This document shows positions 53,201-62,886 of a DNA stretch of 64,000 bases, piece after piece. The position numbers and the translations under genes were made by a program. Within the stretch, counting starts at the first letter, position 1, and every line of letters starts with the position of its first letter. This stretch comes from an uncultured archaeon (GTDB taxonomy: Archaea; Asgardarchaeota; Heimdallarchaeia; Heimdallarchaeales; Kariarchaeaceae), in contig CAZYCQ010000003.1 of the NCBI GenBank assembly GCA_964645535.1, positions 32,001 to 96,000 of the forward strand. The letters run 5' to 3'. The notes under the pieces were generated by a model. That model saw nothing but the letters and a program-made list of their open reading frames with translations. It made no database searches and had not been told where the DNA came from.

Positions 53201-54667
53201 ATGTTGGCCGGCATTCAATGGGATATCTTGGCGGTAATTTTTGGCCTTTCCCTTGTATTGATCAGTGATTTCCTAACGGGCTTTGTCGCTTCATCCCTAG
53301 ATGAGAAAAATGAATTAGCTTCCGATCTTCCATTTCTTACAGTTAAAACGATTTCAACCATTATTGCAACATTAGGAATTCTTTTAGTACTCTCAAAACT
53401 CCTTAACCGATTTTTCTCCATCATTGGCTTCGTGGGTTGGAAAACCGTCAAGAGAAAGGAAGGACTGATATTCAAGGGCTTTCATATGCATATCGGTCTT
53501 TATGGAAGATTACTCATTGTATTTCTGATCAGTATTTTCCTTGTGGTACCAATGTTCACCATTCCGGTTTCACTGAACAATGAATACAAAGTTTCAGCCT
53601 ACAATGAGTTTTCAACAGATATCAGTGTACTTGAGTGGCATGCCGTGCCAAATCTTACACGGAGAGAAGTCTTAGGTATTGATGGAATTAAAAGCCATTC
53701 AGAATATTTCATCGGAATTGTGCCTTTTGCCAATGACCTAAAGGCATTAGTACTTGCCATTAATACCTCCACGTTCCTTTCAAGCATTTATGTTCCGAAC
53801 AAATATCTTCCGGATTATGGGATCAATCTTTCAGTAGTAGAAGATTTGAAAGAAGGTGAATGGTTGGGAAACAAGGCATTTTTGGAAAGAAATGCCTTTG
53901 ACCCAGGAGATCGTCCGCTTTTCAGATTTGAACATACATCAAAATCATACCCAATGAAGGTAAAGGCAGGATTCGACCAATTCCCCATACTTAAGCGTGA
54001 AGCAGTACGGCTTAATGATCCAATTGCCTATCCGCTTCAGATGGTAATTTCCTTGGAAACCCTCAAGGAGATACAGGACATATATTTGTTCCAAAAAACG
54101 GAAACATCTTCAGAAACTGCCAGAAGGCTTGAGGAGAGAAATCTACTGATCAGAAGCAAGAGGATTGACCAAGTGCCTGAAATGGTGGAAGAAATTAAAT
54201 CGCTTACCGGAAGACGAATTGAGCATATCAACACCTTCATTAATAAACAACGCCATCCGTTTTTCAGGGCATTTGAATTTCTCACCCACTTGAGTTTAAT
54301 AACGGCAGCCCTATCTCCATTACTCGCCACCTTTGTGCTAGCTAAGCTTCTTTTTGAAAGAAGAAAAGACGAATGGGAGGTGTACTATAGAATTGGAATT
54401 TCCAAAGGGTTTTTCATTTTCCAAGTGACCCTTGAATTGATTCTTTCAACGCTTTTACCGAGTTTGCTAGGTATTATAGTTGGAAGAATTTGGACTGAGA
54501 ACAATGGATCACAACTTTTTGGCCTTGAAGGAAGAAAAATTGAACGGATGGAAATGACAGATTGGATATATGCTTGGGTAGGTATTCAGATCATTCTCTC
54601 CCTTTTCATTTGGATACAACAAATGAATAGCATGCTCAAACGGCATATCAAGGAGGTTAGGCTGTGA
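50225..54667 (+). CDS. Large FtsX/MacB-like ABC permease with an extra N-terminal extracellular domain
   Basis: Signal peptide, ~430-aa extracellular domain and a TM, followed by two MacB-like halves (GRLPQHPGEVL, VTVVGVL, EIRRFKREG, ERRKDEWEVYYRIG); GTGA overlap with the ATPase gene. Confidence 0.8.
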   Translation: MQHRLFVIFLLALILVSQPAVANQTYSQPIGFFLLEDGEDFFSVLPLGTKKDDSGNVHVWFNYIEPTLHEDQERLVVLYYAVISETGEVFIKELDRHPFSLSKVAFFDWNELRILPNGTVMGIFVAPSDFGVDLNLVRWNGNLSVITLEQQSEFDFSGDIIGPIDKPDENFLYLLDGEFGGSKSIMKLEFSREGNLLNKTVVGFPTLLDDSKEITDIFDATYANGTFFYSVALRENGAFDSLGVVSQINQTTVSLFAKSMDYNVKEIANIPFLRNLRQDILTPRLVATENGKLYSYLFGFDNSVNFLGIWTNGTLKDIFTNSTENPFQLSFFPLLSAIGDHLEIYFLGIQYAQDAISFTVDHFTYFENGTLTKEKFLDPNLSGDIFLFIPDPQAQDFTAIASTFNTPRTSRIDYGILNETVGGLYLLSSESLPPIEPMFFNLILENEQTTAKEFNPLIYLYPAIGSLMLLFAILTYANWRKRRLAIPPELQKLLDTKPELISEGKEVEKFVHRLRLNLIYLRSNAKRIIRTILIMFIPALLFSTLILGILTYQANLLSTYQAQNPLNDIEDLSLESNMKTDFTWTNLWFSDEFQESNFSEVDFAIPEQLSSQSLKSFGIEDLGFRLSSVVTFPLFEPVFLNLTFGEENIQVNLPFPREFGVVDQRWFQYLTDHLIRGRLPQHPGEVLVLDSWYVEPVAFLPDEPSGVIWDVGSTIEVAASELDVFLNSTVQGLKQNVTVVGVLERVESLPFSEVKEWTEKLNTTTKGLRLLDKVPFVTFSHLMGKFLNEFSRLSLRPTAHINMRYEVEKVNRDAIPELVQNLKEMGNETLRFTGFTWTGNYSSKRIVEFLEGYYLASRDIQLETVVLIVPILALAVLVTYDALGMNRLSITEEIRRFKREGMRTERIVLLLLAEQAMTTLASIILSLATVNYATQEMIRFTGYFEHGDVFVPQVTWEQLPWIGIGTFLGLFVLGSINSLTVLFRREEAKFETMLAGIQWDILAVIFGLSLVLISDFLTGFVASSLDEKNELASDLPFLTVKTISTIIATLGILLVLSKLLNRFFSIIGFVGWKTVKRKEGLIFKGFHMHIGLYGRLLIVFLISIFLVVPMFTIPVSLNNEYKVSAYNEFSTDISVLEWHAVPNLTRREVLGIDGIKSHSEYFIGIVPFANDLKALVLAINTSTFLSSIYVPNKYLPDYGINLSVVEDLKEGEWLGNKAFLERNAFDPGDRPLFRFEHTSKSYPMKVKAGFDQFPILKREAVRLNDPIAYPLQMVISLETLKEIQDIYLFQKTETSSETARRLEERNLLIRSKRIDQVPEMVEEIKSLTGRRIEHINTFINKQRHPFFRAFEFLTHLSLITAALSPLLATFVLAKLLFERRKDEWEVYYRIGISKGFFIFQVTLELILSTLLPSLLGIIVGRIWTENNGSQLFGLEGRKIERMEMTDWIYAWVGIQIILSLFIWIQQMNSMLKRHIKEVRL

Positions 54668-56343
54668 ATTGGGCGGTCGAAGTTGAAAATGTGGTCAAAA
54701 TCTATCGGCATAAGTTTGATGGAACAAAAATTTCTGCCCTTCAAGGTTGCGATCTGCTGGTGAGAAAAGGAGAAGTCCTAGCCGTTATTGGACCCTCTGG
54801 AGCAGGGAAGTCCACATTGCTGCGATTGATTGCAGGAATAGAACAGCCCTCTAGTGGAAGAATCTCAATTGGTGGAATCTCAATCCAAGATTGGGATGAA
54901 ACCAGAAGGAGGGAATTTCGGAGAAAATTCATCGGTACATTTTCACAGCATGCCAGAGATAATCTAGATCCGGATATGAAAGTTTCCGAGGCAATTGAAT
55001 GGGAACTAATAAATGCAGATTGGAAACGGGATGAAATTGCACCTCGAATTGCAAGGGTTCTTGAAAGATTGAATATTGCCGGATTGAGAAACTCGCTTTG
55101 CAGAAACCTATCCGCTGGAGAGGCCATGCGAGTTTCACTTGCAAAGGCCATTGCAAAAAAACCCTTTGTGGTTCTAGCGGATGAACCTTCCGGTCAACTT
55201 GACACTGAGAATATGAACCTACTCTTCAAGCTGATGAAAGAAGCCGCTAAGGAAGGAACGGCAATTGTCGTTGCCACACATGACACAAGGTTCCAAGCCC
55301 TTGCTGACAGATCTGTCATGATCCTCGAGGGAAAACTCGCTTCTGAAGAAGAAGGCATTGATTTGCTGCAACAGCATTTGGATCTTGACAAATTGCGAGA
55401 GCAAGGAGAATTGACAAGAACTGTAATTGTCGATTCAACCAAACATATTCGTCTTCCATCTCCAGTAATCTATACCTTGGAACTAAATCGAAAAGCAAAA
55501 ATTGTAATTGATTTCAGAACCGGAAATGTTCGTCTTGAAAAACATCCTGAAGATGACCAATTCATTGTGGATGCAGAAACAAAGGAACCAGAGCTGAAAT
55601 TTTCAAGGGAAAATGTACAGAAGAGGCCGTTCATTACATTTGAAAAAGTCAACAAAAGCTACGATGGAAAAACCAAAATTGATGTGATCAAGAATCTTGA
55701 TTTGGAAATTCTTGAAGGAGAATTTGTAGTACTTTTAGGACCTTCAGGGGTAGGCAAGACTACCCTAATTGGCATGATTTCAGGACTTGAAAAACCTACA
55801 AGTGGAACTCTTTCTGTCAAAGGGACTCAACTTGAAAAAATGTCTGTAGGAGAGCTTTCCGCGTTTAGGAAGAAAAATATTTCATTGCTTACACAGAATT
55901 ACATCCTTCACCCATATCTGACTGTTGAGGAGAACATTGCCTTGAGTTACAGAATGATGGATCAGGAGGTAGATAGGAAGAGCATAATGGCAGTCCTCAA
56001 TAAATTGGAAATGACCCGGTATGCCAATGTGTATCCCGGAGAGCTTTCCGGTGGACAAAGACAAAGAGTTGCATTCACATCCGCCTTTCTCAAGCCAAAT
56101 TACGATCTTATTCTCCTTGATGAACCAACTGCCAATCTTGATTCAATTCTTGCACGAAAAATCATGAATCTGCTTACAGAGCTGGCAGAGACAGGAAAGA
56201 CAGTTCTTCTTGCAACCCATGATCTGACAATGGTTCGACCGGGTTATAGGGTGTTGAGGATCAAGGAGCAAAGAATCTTCGAAGATGTCATTGCAACGGA
56301 AGAATATTGCAACAACCTAAAGAAGGAATATTTTCATCAATAA
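54664..56343 (+). CDS. Tandem LolD/MacB-type ABC ATPase (two NBDs) with central AbrB-like segment
   Basis: NBD1: GPSGAGKST, LSAGE, LADEP, ATHD. NBD2: GPSGVGKTT, LSGGQ, LLDEPT, ATHD. Linker: VIVDSTKHIRLP. Confidence 0.9.
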   Translation: MNWAVEVENVVKIYRHKFDGTKISALQGCDLLVRKGEVLAVIGPSGAGKSTLLRLIAGIEQPSSGRISIGGISIQDWDETRRREFRRKFIGTFSQHARDNLDPDMKVSEAIEWELINADWKRDEIAPRIARVLERLNIAGLRNSLCRNLSAGEAMRVSLAKAIAKKPFVVLADEPSGQLDTENMNLLFKLMKEAAKEGTAIVVATHDTRFQALADRSVMILEGKLASEEEGIDLLQQHLDLDKLREQGELTRTVIVDSTKHIRLPSPVIYTLELNRKAKIVIDFRTGNVRLEKHPEDDQFIVDAETKEPELKFSRENVQKRPFITFEKVNKSYDGKTKIDVIKNLDLEILEGEFVVLLGPSGVGKTTLIGMISGLEKPTSGTLSVKGTQLEKMSVGELSAFRKKNISLLTQNYILHPYLTVEENIALSYRMMDQEVDRKSIMAVLNKLEMTRYANVYPGELSGGQRQRVAFTSAFLKPNYDLILLDEPTANLDSILARKIMNLLTELAETGKTVLLATHDLTMVRPGYRVLRIKEQRIFEDVIATEEYCNNLKKEYFHQ

Positions 56344-56345
56344 CG

Positions 56346-57293
56346 TCAACTTGCAAGGGTTATATCCGAATTTGCGTGCCGTGAAAGAATATGACTATAT
56401 TTTTCTTTTATTTTTGCTGCTTCAACCCTTTCCATTGCCAATTCCACATATTTCTGTTCCAGCTCGGTTCCCAAAAAGGTTCGTTTGGTATGGAGAGCTG
56501 CAATCGCCGTCGTTCCACTTCCCATAAAAGGATCAAACACCACATCTTCCTTGAAGGAATAGAGTTGAATCAATCGGTAGGGAAGCTCAATCGGAAAAGG
56601 AGCAGGATGACCGATACGTTTGGCCGAGGTTGTCGGAAAGTTCCAGATGGATTTGGTGAATTCCATGAATTCTTCCCTTGAAATTGTTGATGTTTTGTCT
56701 TTTTTGGCCCGTTTCATGGTGCCTTTTGAGAAAACCAAGATATATTCATGAACGTCACGAAGAGTGGGATTGGAAGGACTCTTCCAAGACCCCCAAGCAG
56801 TGCTGGAACCTGCACTTGCCCCCTTGTCCCAAATGATCTCACCTCGTTGTAGATAACCAATGTCAGAAAGGATTTGAGAAACATAATCCGAGATGGGAAT
56901 ATATGGTTTCCTTCCCACATTTGCAATATTGATGGCAACTCTTCCTCCATCAACCAATTTGGGATAGATCTCTTCAAACACATCTCGAATAAGCTCTAGG
57001 TATTCAGTGAGTGAAAGATCCATGTCGTAATCTTTTTTGGCGTTGTAAGGGGGAGAAGTCACCACAAGATGGAGGCAATTGTCAGGAATAAAGGAAAGAT
57101 CACGGGCATCTGCCTGGACAATGGTATTTTTGAGATGGGAAGGCAATTCATTCTCTTCACCTTTGGGGCTATAGTTAGGTGCTTGACGGATTTCCCGGTA
57201 CATGGCAGATTCGTAAAAAATTGAGGAATCGTGATTTTCGCGTTTTGAAGCACCAAAAGAACTAGTTTTCGTCCGTTTTTTCATGACTTTCAC
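56346..57293 (-). CDS. Beta-class amino DNA methyltransferase (probably N4-cytosine)
   Basis: Catalytic VVTSPPY precedes HPAPFP and the SAM-binding DPFMGSGTT. Confidence 0.93.
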   Translation of the reverse strand: MKVMKKRTKTSSFGASKRENHDSSIFYESAMYREIRQAPNYSPKGEENELPSHLKNTIVQADARDLSFIPDNCLHLVVTSPPYNAKKDYDMDLSLTEYLELIRDVFEEIYPKLVDGGRVAINIANVGRKPYIPISDYVSQILSDIGYLQRGEIIWDKGASAGSSTAWGSWKSPSNPTLRDVHEYILVFSKGTMKRAKKDKTSTISREEFMEFTKSIWNFPTTSAKRIGHPAPFPIELPYRLIQLYSFKEDVVFDPFMGSGTTAIAALHTKRTFLGTELEQKYVELAMERVEAAKIKEKYSHILSRHANSDITLAS

Positions 57294-57618
57294 TCACAAT
57301 GTATATCGTTCGGTAAGGCAACAAACTCCTTTGATTATATAAATTTCGCGAAAATTAATTGGTTGTTGATTAACCGCGACATTTATATTATCAACGATAC
57401 TGTTGAGTAAAGACTCCATCCCTGATGATTTTAGATTATTAGAACATGACATAAATCTTTATGGTTGCAAGTTTTGTGATGTGAAAGCAATTTTTTCATC
57501 AGATATGGCGCGAAAATAGAATAGAAGTACAAGATCACCTTAGCACTCATCATTCTTCAAACTCAGACCGCGCCATTTACAACCTTACCTGACGTCCATC
57601 AATAGGGAGGACAATGGG

Positions 57619-60600
57619 TTACCCTCGTTTTCGCATCTCCTCGATCTTTTCTGCAATTTGTTCAATTATAATTTCTATGAACTCCTTATCCTCTAAGTCA
57701 GAATTATACACCCTGAATACATCCCAACCATTCTTCTTTAACAATATGTCAATAATTCGATCTTTTTTGTTTGAAGGTGTATGAAATGTGTTCCCGTCGA
57801 TATAGATCGCGATTTTCTCCTCTTTAAAAGTAAAATCTGGGATGGTATATGGCATGTTTATATCACCAAGATCCACCTTTTCCTGTGTGGTATATCCAAA
57901 GAGCCTGTGTAACTTCAAATAATTCTCAAAAATCATTTCAGGCGGGGTTGACGATTTAGAAATCAAAGAAGGCTTGTAATTTTCAGGAATTACATGCTGA
58001 AATTTAGGTCTTAATTTAAGAGAGTTCAAAAGATCTATGGCCAAATGTCTATTCAATAAGTCGTGTATAGGTTGGTTCCAATATGTTTTCATACATGCAT
58101 AGCAGGATGTTTCACACGCGTTTCCACAATCCATTAGTTTTTCGATTGCAGAATCTATAACATTTATCCACTTCTCAATCAACTGTTCGAGAATTCCGGA
58201 GCCCCCCTTCATAGGATCGAACAAAATCCCATTGAGTTGTTCCTCTGGAGTTGAAAATACGAAATAGTCAAAGTCCTCACGATTACTCTCTAAACTGTTT
58301 GAAATGCCTATCAAAATCCCTTCAAAAATATTTACGTACTCGTCTTTGGTATCAAATCCCTTCAACAAAATACATTCAAATTCTGATTCATAATAAATCC
58401 CAAACCTAAATGAACGACTTCCACATTTTTCGAGGTGGAACTTCTGGAACTTTTCCAAATGCTGCTCTTTTGTGAAGACCGACCTAACCGCCCCACAATT
58501 TGGGCAAATCGGGTATTGAAGTAGGGTTGAGTCTTTCTCAACTCCGGAATTCAATAACAGAATACTCTGATCGGAAATATGTTCCAATATTTTATCTCCA
58601 ATTTCATATCTTTTCCCTTCACCATTGAACTGTTGAGGTTTACCGTTCAGCTTAATAGGAAGAACTCGCCTAAATTCCTCGGCATCTGAATCGACCCTTC
58701 CCACATATCTTAAGATAACGTTACTTAGAGGAATTGCACCAATTGAATATGAATTTTCCTCAGGATTTGAATAGCCAACCCAATCCTCATTTGATTCAAT
58801 CACCATTTCACCTAAAATTGTGAAGTGGCGGATATCAATTCCCACTTCACCAATTTTTGAAAGCTCTATCAGGCTTGTACTGAATTTCGCACCTAATACA
58901 TAAAGGGCATATCCTGGAGAGAATTCCCTAAGAGCAATCGGAGCGATTCTTGAAAAGGCAAACTCAGGAACAATTGATCTGCTGGGGGGTGGACTTTGAG
59001 CGATTACACCTTCTGTATTTGCGGAATATGCAGGCAATAATCCTTGATTTTGATAGAAGTTATATGTATAGTTGTCAAAATTCTTACTCAACATCTTTGT
59101 ATAAATACGCCTATAAATTTCAAGGAGGTTTTTTTCCTCCCTATCCAAATCTCTTCGAAGGTTCGAAAGATCTCTGTAATTTTTTTCGGCCCATATGAAT
59201 CGGGACTGTAGATTTTTGATTACTCCAAGGAGGGATTCAGGGAATTCTTTAAGTACGGACTTGTGAAATTTTGGATCTGCAACACCTTTGGCCTCCCTAG
59301 GCCAGCGGATGCTGAAAATCTTCCGAATTTCCTCAACAATTGAACTTTCATTTGCACTTATGAAATCTCTAAGTTCTTTGATTATGGTTTCATTCGAAGG
59401 CACTGTTATGTAACTCCCATTTTCACCAACCAGAAATGATTTCACGAAAGGAGGGAGGATTTTGTTGTAAATGTCCATCCTGTTGTTTCGAATTACTTGT
59501 GCAAGAACGGTCGCATGAATATGCTTCCTTACCATCGTCCGATTTTTGAGATTAAAAACCGGAGTCAATGTTTTTCCGTTCAACATCCGTGACGGATTGT
59601 TGAAAAAGTAATCGTCATGTGCGTTGTTAGTACAGTAATTGAAAATTACGCCAATCCCTTCTCTTCTGCCCACTCTTCCCGCTCGCTGCCAATAATTCGA
59701 TGGTGTCGGTGGAACATTTCTCATCAAAACAACGTCCAAACCTCCAATATCCACACCTAGTTCCATTGTTGGACTCGCTACCAATACGTTCGTTGATCCT
59801 TTCGGTTTCTTGAATTCTTCCTCGAATTGACGGCGAAGTTCTCCGGGAACTTGCGCAGTATGTTCTTTCGGAAGCAAAAGCACAAAATCCGAATCTAAAG
59901 TTGAAAGATTGTAATCATCATCTGGCAGGGGAATTTTCACCAATCGCCCTTCACAACGCCATCCTATGCAAACGGGGCTGGGGTTGGGATGAAGCAGACC
60001 ACAAATTTGGCATTGATACATCCTTCTTTGGGATTTGGGAACAACCTTAATCCCGACTTTTTTACCATTCAACTGATAACCTGTTGCCCAAGTTTCGGCT
60101 CCCCGTTTAATTTTTACTTCCACTGGAACTAGGAGGTTTGTTTTTTCTGTTAGGAATTGCCAGATGTCTTTGAAAAACGATTCCAACGATTTTATATTGA
60201 TTCCAGATTTACGGACAAGACTAGTATAACTTGTTTCATGAGTCCTTGAGTAAAAATTCTTAATTCGTTTCTTGCCACCATCTCCTTTTTCAAATTGAAG
60301 GAGAAACGGTGAATGTTCAACGACATAATACGGTAGGTATCCAGATAAAACCTCTTGGTCACCTTCCTTCCAGAAACGTGAAAAAATATTATGCGTTTTG
60401 CCATACGAAAAGACTCTGTTCTTTCGCGTTAAATGAAGCATATTTCGAATAATTTCGGTAAGAGTCTCTTCATCGATTGAATAAATCCGAGAAAGTTCTT
60501 TAATATGTTCATTTTCTGGATTGAGATCCTCATACTCAATGTTTATTACACCCATTCCCTCCAAGTTTTCCCGGTTCGAATAGCGGTTTGTAATTTCAAT

Positions 60601-62877
60601 TAAAATACGGTATACCAATATGGTTTCCAAAGTTGATTTGAAATTTTTTGAGAAGGACTCTCCTGCCGTTTCTCCAAATGCATCCGGGAACAAATTCATC
60701 GCCAGGTCCCTATCTTCGTACAGAATTTTAGTTAGTCCCTGCACAAGGTCACCTATTGAAACAGGAATGGATCCATCCTTGGTTTCTTTCCTCAACACTT
60801 CAAACATTAAATGACGTAGACGATAGACCTTCGCCTTATCAGTCATCCAAGCTACTTGAAAGGCAGCCTCTTGACGGTTGTCCGCAAACATCAGCAGTCG
60901 TTGAGAATCTTCCGGAAGGTTGAACAGGATTTCTTGAGCAAGAATATAGTTGTTTGCCACTTGAATTCCCTGAACCTTGGCCATGGGTTCATACCTGCCC
61001 TTGGTGCTGCGTTCACAAGTTCCACATCGATTGATTTTCTCCCCTTTTTGAACCAGCGCGAATACCTTGACCAGTTTGTCATGTCCACAGCCTCCAGAGG
61101 CACAATGTTTTACATGCTTGTCATGCAATGTGCCACACTGCTCACAGGCAAACAAGGTTTCAAAATGGCGATTTGAATCTTCATCTTCTATCCCATTCAA
61201 ATTATTCGAAAACAATATTCTTACGCCATCTTCCTCCTTTTTAGCTTCATAATAATAACACGAGCCATCTGAACTTGGTAACCCCCTCTCAGTGATGGAA
61301 CCGGTCTTCTTACCCTCGATCATTGTGTACCGCTGTTCCAAATAATGCTGATTGCAGTTTCGACATATCAAGACAGGAAAATACCGCTTTTCTCCCGTTG
61401 GGTTATCCTTCATGTGCAGGATAACCTTAGTTCCAAGCCCACTCGATACAAGTTCTCCTCTTAACTCCCTTATCCCACTAACGAAATAATGCAGTTTTGC
61501 CCGAAACAGAGGATCCCCATCCTTTTGAGCAATTGATGCCAAGGCGAGATAAAGTAGGAGACTATGAACCAATCCTTCATCCTTGGAAAAACCCAAGTCC
61601 CGACTCACTTCGTCCAAGACGTAAGTTAGGTTTCTCGGTCGTTCCAAGTTTTGTGCAATAGACCTGATGAACTTTAATTTCGGGAGATATTCAAACAAAG
61701 ATTCCCTCCAATTAGCACTGGGATCAAGTTCCAAGTTGGGTGCTACATGCTCCATTGCATATCTTACGGCTTCAAAGATAGCATCTTCCTCTGAAAGATT
61801 CGAATCGTATAGTTTCTCTAGAAAGTTACGATAGACGTCTTCGGGATTAGTTATTTTCCTTGGTTTAATCAACAAAGCACTCCTGATCTGCCAAACTTGC
61901 TGGTCATAGCTTGGACCAATAACTCTCGTCCTTTCCGGAGGAGATCCCGTTAAGCGAAACATGAATTCCTTTGTTTCTGATTCCTCACCTAAGGTTGCAC
62001 TGGTGGCTATGCAGACTACCTCATCTGCATCGGCGTGAAAGGTCGCAGATCGAGCGATGATCCGCCGGAAAAGGACAGAAGCCTCTGCTCCAAAGATCCC
62101 TCCATAGGTATGTGCCTCATCGATTACCACATATTTCAAAGGAGCCCGCTCGAAAAGGTTGATATCCGATTTACGCGTTAGAAGAAGTTCGAGTTGAAAC
62201 ACATTTGTTATCAAGATCATTGGCGGGTCATTTCTGATCTCTTGCCTTGACACCCGTTGTTCTTCAGGATACACGCGCTTTTTTCGTTTAAGGGCAACTT
62301 TATATTCCTCCCTTGTTTGCACTCTTTCAACAGCCTCTTCTTGGTCTCGCGTATCCCCAGTATAAACTCCAAACGTCACTCCAGTTCCGACCAGAAGCTT
62401 GCTGATCCGTTCTAGCTGGTCATTTGCCAAGGCATTCATGGGATAGATTAGGATGGCCTGAACCCCCGACTTTCCTGCATCCCTCATCTTTAGACAATGG
62501 CTAATAATAGGAATAAGAAAGGACTCGGTCTTTCCAGAACCAGTGCCTGTTGTAATAATCGTATGCTGATCACTTACAATTGACCGGATAGCATTTTCCT
62601 GATGCTTATGGAGTGTAAACTGAATTAGATTTTTGAGACCTGGGTGGAGCAAGCCCTCATCGACAAGCTGAGAAACTTGCATACCTGTTTGGAATTTCCT
62701 CTCCAACGAGATAAACGGTCCTTTAATCAAAGGCGACTTACTTAAATCGTTGAACGAAATAAGGGTTCTAAACTGTTTCTGCAAATCAGGGTCTGCAAAT
62801 CGAAACGCAGTTAATTGGTACCTAAGATATTGTTCCAACACCTTTTGCGAAAATGTTATGGGATTGAATGACTTCAT
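57619..62877 (-). CDS. SF2 DEAH helicase with DUF1998 Zn domain and C-terminal Vsr/DUF559-like nuclease (YprA/DrmA+B/DruE-like)
   Basis: HQE, TGTGSGKTE, YPMNALANDQ, DEAH, SAT, PTMELGVDIG and QRAGRVGR; several CxxC; D..GGSG..C..ACETSCYAC; PDF..IAIYIDG..FH..GW.V.R. Confidence 0.9.
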   Translation of the reverse strand: MKSFNPITFSQKVLEQYLRYQLTAFRFADPDLQKQFRTLISFNDLSKSPLIKGPFISLERKFQTGMQVSQLVDEGLLHPGLKNLIQFTLHKHQENAIRSIVSDQHTIITTGTGSGKTESFLIPIISHCLKMRDAGKSGVQAILIYPMNALANDQLERISKLLVGTGVTFGVYTGDTRDQEEAVERVQTREEYKVALKRKKRVYPEEQRVSRQEIRNDPPMILITNVFQLELLLTRKSDINLFERAPLKYVVIDEAHTYGGIFGAEASVLFRRIIARSATFHADADEVVCIATSATLGEESETKEFMFRLTGSPPERTRVIGPSYDQQVWQIRSALLIKPRKITNPEDVYRNFLEKLYDSNLSEEDAIFEAVRYAMEHVAPNLELDPSANWRESLFEYLPKLKFIRSIAQNLERPRNLTYVLDEVSRDLGFSKDEGLVHSLLLYLALASIAQKDGDPLFRAKLHYFVSGIRELRGELVSSGLGTKVILHMKDNPTGEKRYFPVLICRNCNQHYLEQRYTMIEGKKTGSITERGLPSSDGSCYYYEAKKEEDGVRILFSNNLNGIEDEDSNRHFETLFACEQCGTLHDKHVKHCASGGCGHDKLVKVFALVQKGEKINRCGTCERSTKGRYEPMAKVQGIQVANNYILAQEILFNLPEDSQRLLMFADNRQEAAFQVAWMTDKAKVYRLRHLMFEVLRKETKDGSIPVSIGDLVQGLTKILYEDRDLAMNLFPDAFGETAGESFSKNFKSTLETILVYRILIEITNRYSNRENLEGMGVINIEYEDLNPENEHIKELSRIYSIDEETLTEIIRNMLHLTRKNRVFSYGKTHNIFSRFWKEGDQEVLSGYLPYYVVEHSPFLLQFEKGDGGKKRIKNFYSRTHETSYTSLVRKSGINIKSLESFFKDIWQFLTEKTNLLVPVEVKIKRGAETWATGYQLNGKKVGIKVVPKSQRRMYQCQICGLLHPNPSPVCIGWRCEGRLVKIPLPDDDYNLSTLDSDFVLLLPKEHTAQVPGELRRQFEEEFKKPKGSTNVLVASPTMELGVDIGGLDVVLMRNVPPTPSNYWQRAGRVGRREGIGVIFNYCTNNAHDDYFFNNPSRMLNGKTLTPVFNLKNRTMVRKHIHATVLAQVIRNNRMDIYNKILPPFVKSFLVGENGSYITVPSNETIIKELRDFISANESSIVEEIRKIFSIRWPREAKGVADPKFHKSVLKEFPESLLGVIKNLQSRFIWAEKNYRDLSNLRRDLDREEKNLLEIYRRIYTKMLSKNFDNYTYNFYQNQGLLPAYSANTEGVIAQSPPPSRSIVPEFAFSRIAPIALREFSPGYALYVLGAKFSTSLIELSKIGEVGIDIRHFTILGEMVIESNEDWVGYSNPEENSYSIGAIPLSNVILRYVGRVDSDAEEFRRVLPIKLNGKPQQFNGEGKRYEIGDKILEHISDQSILLLNSGVEKDSTLLQYPICPNCGAVRSVFTKEQHLEKFQKFHLEKCGSRSFRFGIYYESEFECILLKGFDTKDEYVNIFEGILIGISNSLESNREDFDYFVFSTPEEQLNGILFDPMKGGSGILEQLIEKWINVIDSAIEKLMDCGNACETSCYACMKTYWNQPIHDLLNRHLAIDLLNSLKLRPKFQHVIPENYKPSLISKSSTPPEMIFENYLKLHRLFGYTTQEKVDLGDINMPYTIPDFTFKEEKIAIYIDGNTFHTPSNKKDRIIDILLKKNGWDVFRVYNSDLEDKEFIEIIIEQIAEKIEEMRKRG

Positions 62878-62886
62878 CTGTTCACC

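Noticed and set aside
57294-57618. Gap between the beta-class MTase and the helicase as an att site, tRNA or small gene (a ~52-codon minus-strand ORF exists)
   Set aside because: No cloverleaf, no repeat partner within the window, and the small ORF has no recognisable features.
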